A stretch of DNA of 64,000 bases, from positions 1,952,001 through 2,016,000 of the forward strand of contig CAXXLX010000001.1 in assembly GCA_963665235.2 (NCBI GenBank). The letters are read 5' to 3'. Made by a program: the position numbers and the translations under genes. The notes beneath the pieces were generated by a model. The model made no database searches. It was not told the origin of the DNA and was given only the letters and a program-made list of their open reading frames with translations. This DNA comes from Candidatus Poribacteria bacterium. GTDB lineage: Bacteria > Poribacteria > WGA-4E > WGA-3G. Of the stretch, positions 60,829 through 64,000 are shown piece after piece; position 1 is the stretch's first letter; each line of letters opens with the position of its first letter.

Positions 60829-61791
60829 ATGGAAACCAATACAAACAGCATAGAAGATCGAAATGTTGTGATAATTGGCGGCGGTACCGCTGGTTTCGCC
60901 GCAGGGGTCTATACCTCCCGGGCTATGCTGGAACCGGTGCTCCTTACGGGTGACGCGCTTGGCGGGCAGCTCTCGCTAACACTTGACCTAGAGAACTACC
61001 CCGGATTCTTCGGTAACGAAGCGGGGGTCTTTATACAAGGCATGCAGGAGCAAGCCGAACGGTTCGGCACTGAGGTCAAATTTGACACAGTCACAGCAGT
61101 TGATTTCTCAAAACATCCGTTTGTTGTCAACACCTACGGCAAAGAATACCGTGCCAAATCTGTGATTATCTGCACAGGTGCTTCACCGCGTACACTGAAC
61201 ATTCAAGGCGAAGAAGGGTATGGGGGACGCGGCGTTTCCTACTGTGCCACATGCGATGGATTTTTCTTCCAAGACCAACGTCTCATCGTCGTCGGAGGCG
61301 GGGATGCAGCATTAGAGGAGGGCATCTTCTTAACCAAGTACGCCTCCGAAGTCTACATCGTGCATCGACGAGACCAACTCCGGGCGAGCCAGATTATGCA
61401 GGAACGCGCCTTCAAAAACGACAAAATCAAGTTTATCTGGGACACCATCGTCGAAGAAATTAACGGCGATGCGGACAAAGTGACGGGTGCTACCCTCAAA
61501 AACGTCAAAACCGGGGAGACGCAACTTTTTCCAATTGATGGCGTATTTATTTTTATCGGGCATATTCCCAACACAGACCTCTTCACAGATGTCATAGATA
61601 TGGACGAACAGGGATATATCGTCGTAGACGCGATGCAACGAACGAACATAGATGGCGTTTTTGCCGCAGGCGATGTCCATGACCATGTATTTCGGCAAGC
61701 CATTACCGCTGCAGGCGCAGGCGCAGCAGCCGCTATCGCCTCCGAAAAGTTCATCGCTGAATTGGAGAACCGCGCCTATCCCGGAAACTAA
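60829..61791 (+). CDS. trxB: Thioredoxin reductase
   Basis: GGQL, ENYPG, GVSYCATCDG, GGGDAALEE, HRRD, FAAGD. Confidence 0.96.
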   Translation: METNTNSIEDRNVVIIGGGTAGFAAGVYTSRAMLEPVLLTGDALGGQLSLTLDLENYPGFFGNEAGVFIQGMQEQAERFGTEVKFDTVTAVDFSKHPFVVNTYGKEYRAKSVIICTGASPRTLNIQGEEGYGGRGVSYCATCDGFFFQDQRLIVVGGGDAALEEGIFLTKYASEVYIVHRRDQLRASQIMQERAFKNDKIKFIWDTIVEEINGDADKVTGATLKNVKTGETQLFPIDGVFIFIGHIPNTDLFTDVIDMDEQGYIVVDAMQRTNIDGVFAAGDVHDHVFRQAITAAGAGAAAAIASEKFIAELENRAYPGN

Positions 61792-61815
61792 CCAGCGTTA
61801 TAAAGGTTTAACATA

Positions 61816-63204
61816 ATGTCTAGACCAGAGGAATTCAGAACACATCTTAGGACGATCAGAACCACCTTTAAAACGATTACCGACGAACAATGCAAAGAGC
61901 TCCTCCGATTAGGGGTTCAGCAGCACGGGCTCACTCCCAATGAGGCAGTTGACCTTTTCAACGCATCGGGAATAATTGTCGGTGGCCATGTAAATTATTT
62001 TGAGGTATTAGGATTTTCAATCGCTGAGTTTCAAAACTTAAATGACACAATTATCGTGAATCGCGTGCAGGCAGCACACAAAAAGCTATATAACGCTTCA
62101 TTAATCGCGGGCGGTCGTCCCCGCGCCGATGGCAAGACAGAGGAACAGTGGCGAACTGTTTTAAATCAAGCCCGGGATACGTTGATTGACCCACAGAAAA
62201 GGCGCGAACACACTGTTATGCTCCAGCAGATGGAGAGTAATGATCCGGCAGCATTTACTGAGAGTTTTATAGCGGTTTTTTTACACACCCACGGACTCAC
62301 GGGGCACACGAATGGTGTCAATAGCATAGCCTATAGTCCGGATGGAAACACTATCGCTAGTGGGAGTGAGGACGATACCATACGCTTGTGGGACGCAAAC
62401 ACAGGCGGACATCTCCGCACCCTCATAGGGCATACATACGAAGTCAATAGCGTAGCCTATAGTCCAGATGGAAACACTATCGCTAGTGGAAGTGAAGACA
62501 ATACCGTCCGTTTGTGGGACGCAAACACAGGGGAATCCCTCTGGACGCTCGCAGGGCATACGAGTGGTGTCAATAGCATAGCGTATAGTCCGGATGGAAA
62601 CACTATCGCTAGTGGGAGTGAGGACGATACCATACGCTTGTGGGACGCAAAGACAAAAGAACACCTCCACACCCTCACAGGACATACGAGTGGTGTCAAT
62701 AGTATAGCGTATAGTCCGGATGGAAACACTATCGCTAGTGGAAGTAGGTACAAGCCATGGGTTGGGCCAAGTATGGGAGAGATGCGCTTGTGGGACGCAA
62801 ACACAGGCAAACACATCCACACTATCAAAGTGGGTAATCTCTATAGCACAGTACATAGCATAGCCTATAGTCCGGATGGAAACACTATCGCCAGCACTGG
62901 AGGCTGGGACGAAACCATCCACTTATCGGACACCAGCACTGGTACACACCTCCGCACATTTACCGGACATACGCATGAGGTCCGTAGCATAGCGTATAGT
63001 CCGGATGGAAACACTATCGCTAGTGGGAGTGAGGGCGGGAACATCTACTTGTGGGACGCAAACACAGGCGGACACCTCCACACCCTCACAGGGCATACGA
63101 GTGGTGTCCGTAGCATAGCGTATAGTCCGGATGGGAACACTATCGCCAGTGGAAGTCGGGACAAAGAAATCCGCTTGTGGAAACCGAGATACGCTAACTC
63201 CTAA
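61816..63204 (+). CDS. WD40-repeat protein with an N-terminal J-domain-like region
   Basis: About 7 near-identical 42-aa repeats GHT..VNSIAYSPDGNTIASGS.D.TIRLWD; NYFEVLG...LNQARDTLIDPQKRREH. Confidence 0.88.
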   Translation: MSRPEEFRTHLRTIRTTFKTITDEQCKELLRLGVQQHGLTPNEAVDLFNASGIIVGGHVNYFEVLGFSIAEFQNLNDTIIVNRVQAAHKKLYNASLIAGGRPRADGKTEEQWRTVLNQARDTLIDPQKRREHTVMLQQMESNDPAAFTESFIAVFLHTHGLTGHTNGVNSIAYSPDGNTIASGSEDDTIRLWDANTGGHLRTLIGHTYEVNSVAYSPDGNTIASGSEDNTVRLWDANTGESLWTLAGHTSGVNSIAYSPDGNTIASGSEDDTIRLWDAKTKEHLHTLTGHTSGVNSIAYSPDGNTIASGSRYKPWVGPSMGEMRLWDANTGKHIHTIKVGNLYSTVHSIAYSPDGNTIASTGGWDETIHLSDTSTGTHLRTFTGHTHEVRSIAYSPDGNTIASGSEGGNIYLWDANTGGHLHTLTGHTSGVRSIAYSPDGNTIASGSRDKEIRLWKPRYANS

Positions 63205-63471
63205 CCTTTCAGGGCAACCACCCTCTACCCTTATAGAAACACACAACGCCAACCCTCGTGTCAGAAACTTCACTTAGATGATGAGGCTATAATCCAATAG
63301 ACAGAAAAAACGCTAAACCTCCAATCACAAAATTTTGATTGTTACACCTCTTAAAATCCGCGAAATCCGATAAATCCGCGATAATCCGCGATTCAGACAA
63401 AACACGCGAAATCCACTCTTCCACCCTTCCATCCTTCCCCTATTCCTGTGACAAAAACTTTACACACCCCC

Positions 63472-63500
63472 TTGACCGATTTTGTTAAATATGCTATTAT
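63472..63500 (+). promoter_or_regulatory. Probable promoter of the sugar kinase gene
   Basis: TTGACC-17 bp-TATTAT with TG. Confidence 0.55.
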
Positions 63501-63597
63501 TTTTAAACAAACAATTGTAAAAACACGCGGTCAAGAAAATTTTCTGTTCGTAAATTACAACGCGTCCGAGGATTACCCGGTATCAAAAGGAAACCGT

Positions 63598-64000
63598 ATG
63601 ACAAACCACAAAACCCCACGACTTGCCCTCGGCTTAGATTCAAGCACACAGAGCCTATCGGCAATCGTCATCAACATCGACACAGCAGAGAAATGCTTTG
63701 AGCATTCGCTTGACTACCGCGCGGATGCACGCCTCAACGATTTCGGTATCGGAGCCGACTATATCTTGCCACCAAAGACTGAAGGCGAAGCGGAACAACC
63801 CCCCTTAATGTATCTCGCCTCCCTCGATGCAATGTTCACCGACATGCGCGAGGCAGGGGTTGCATTAGAGAATATCGTCGCCATCAACACATCCGGGCAA
63901 CAACACGGACATGTCTATCTGAACCGAAACGCCGCGATTATATTCGCCAACCTACAAAGGGTAGAGGGGAGCACGTTAGAATTAAAAACGCTTATAGGCG
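63598..64000 (+). CDS. FGGY carbohydrate kinase, xylulokinase-like (5' part only)
   Basis: Manual translation MTNHKTPRLALGLDSSTQSLSA...INTSGQQHGHVYL. Confidence 0.85.
   Translation, partial: MTNHKTPRLALGLDSSTQSLSAIVINIDTAEKCFEHSLDYRADARLNDFGIGADYILPPKTEGEAEQPPLMYLASLDAMFTDMREAGVALENIVAINTSGQQHGHVYLNRNAAIIFANLQRVEGSTLELKTLIG

Overview
This is a bacterial chromosomal window. Its gene content points by inference to Candidatus Poribacteria or a relative: secreted LRR/FN3/dockerin/FlgD-type proteins, LamG proteins ending in a K(L/I)xTTWGxLK tail, TolB-like and WD40 propellers, and PhyH and ASPIC/UnbV proteins. The left half is one long minus-strand run of housekeeping genes: rimP-nusA-ylxR-infB-DUF503-rbfA-DHH-ribF-rpsO-pnp, then lptE-like, gcvT/H/P, trkA/H and pdxH. 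Two large repeat-rich secreted proteins are wedged into the gcv/trk cluster. The right half holds acs, serA, tatA, a TPR-ASPIC-3xLamG cluster, methyltransferases, trxB, a decayed IS200/IS605 (tnpA/tnpB) element and several families of REP/MITE-like repeats, one expanded into an 11 x 31-bp spacer-less array. The best candidate for an undescribed system is the AT-rich locus at 35.4-40.3 kb. There a 1466-aa TPR-GreAB-C-PIN conflict-type protein carries a complete DUF433 (VapB45-like) antitoxin fused in frame at its C-terminus. It is followed by the cognate DUF5615 (VapC45-like) PIN toxin and an hsdS-like remnant. I recognised no rRNA, tRNA or true CRISPR array. All family assignments come from motif recognition by eye, not from database searches.
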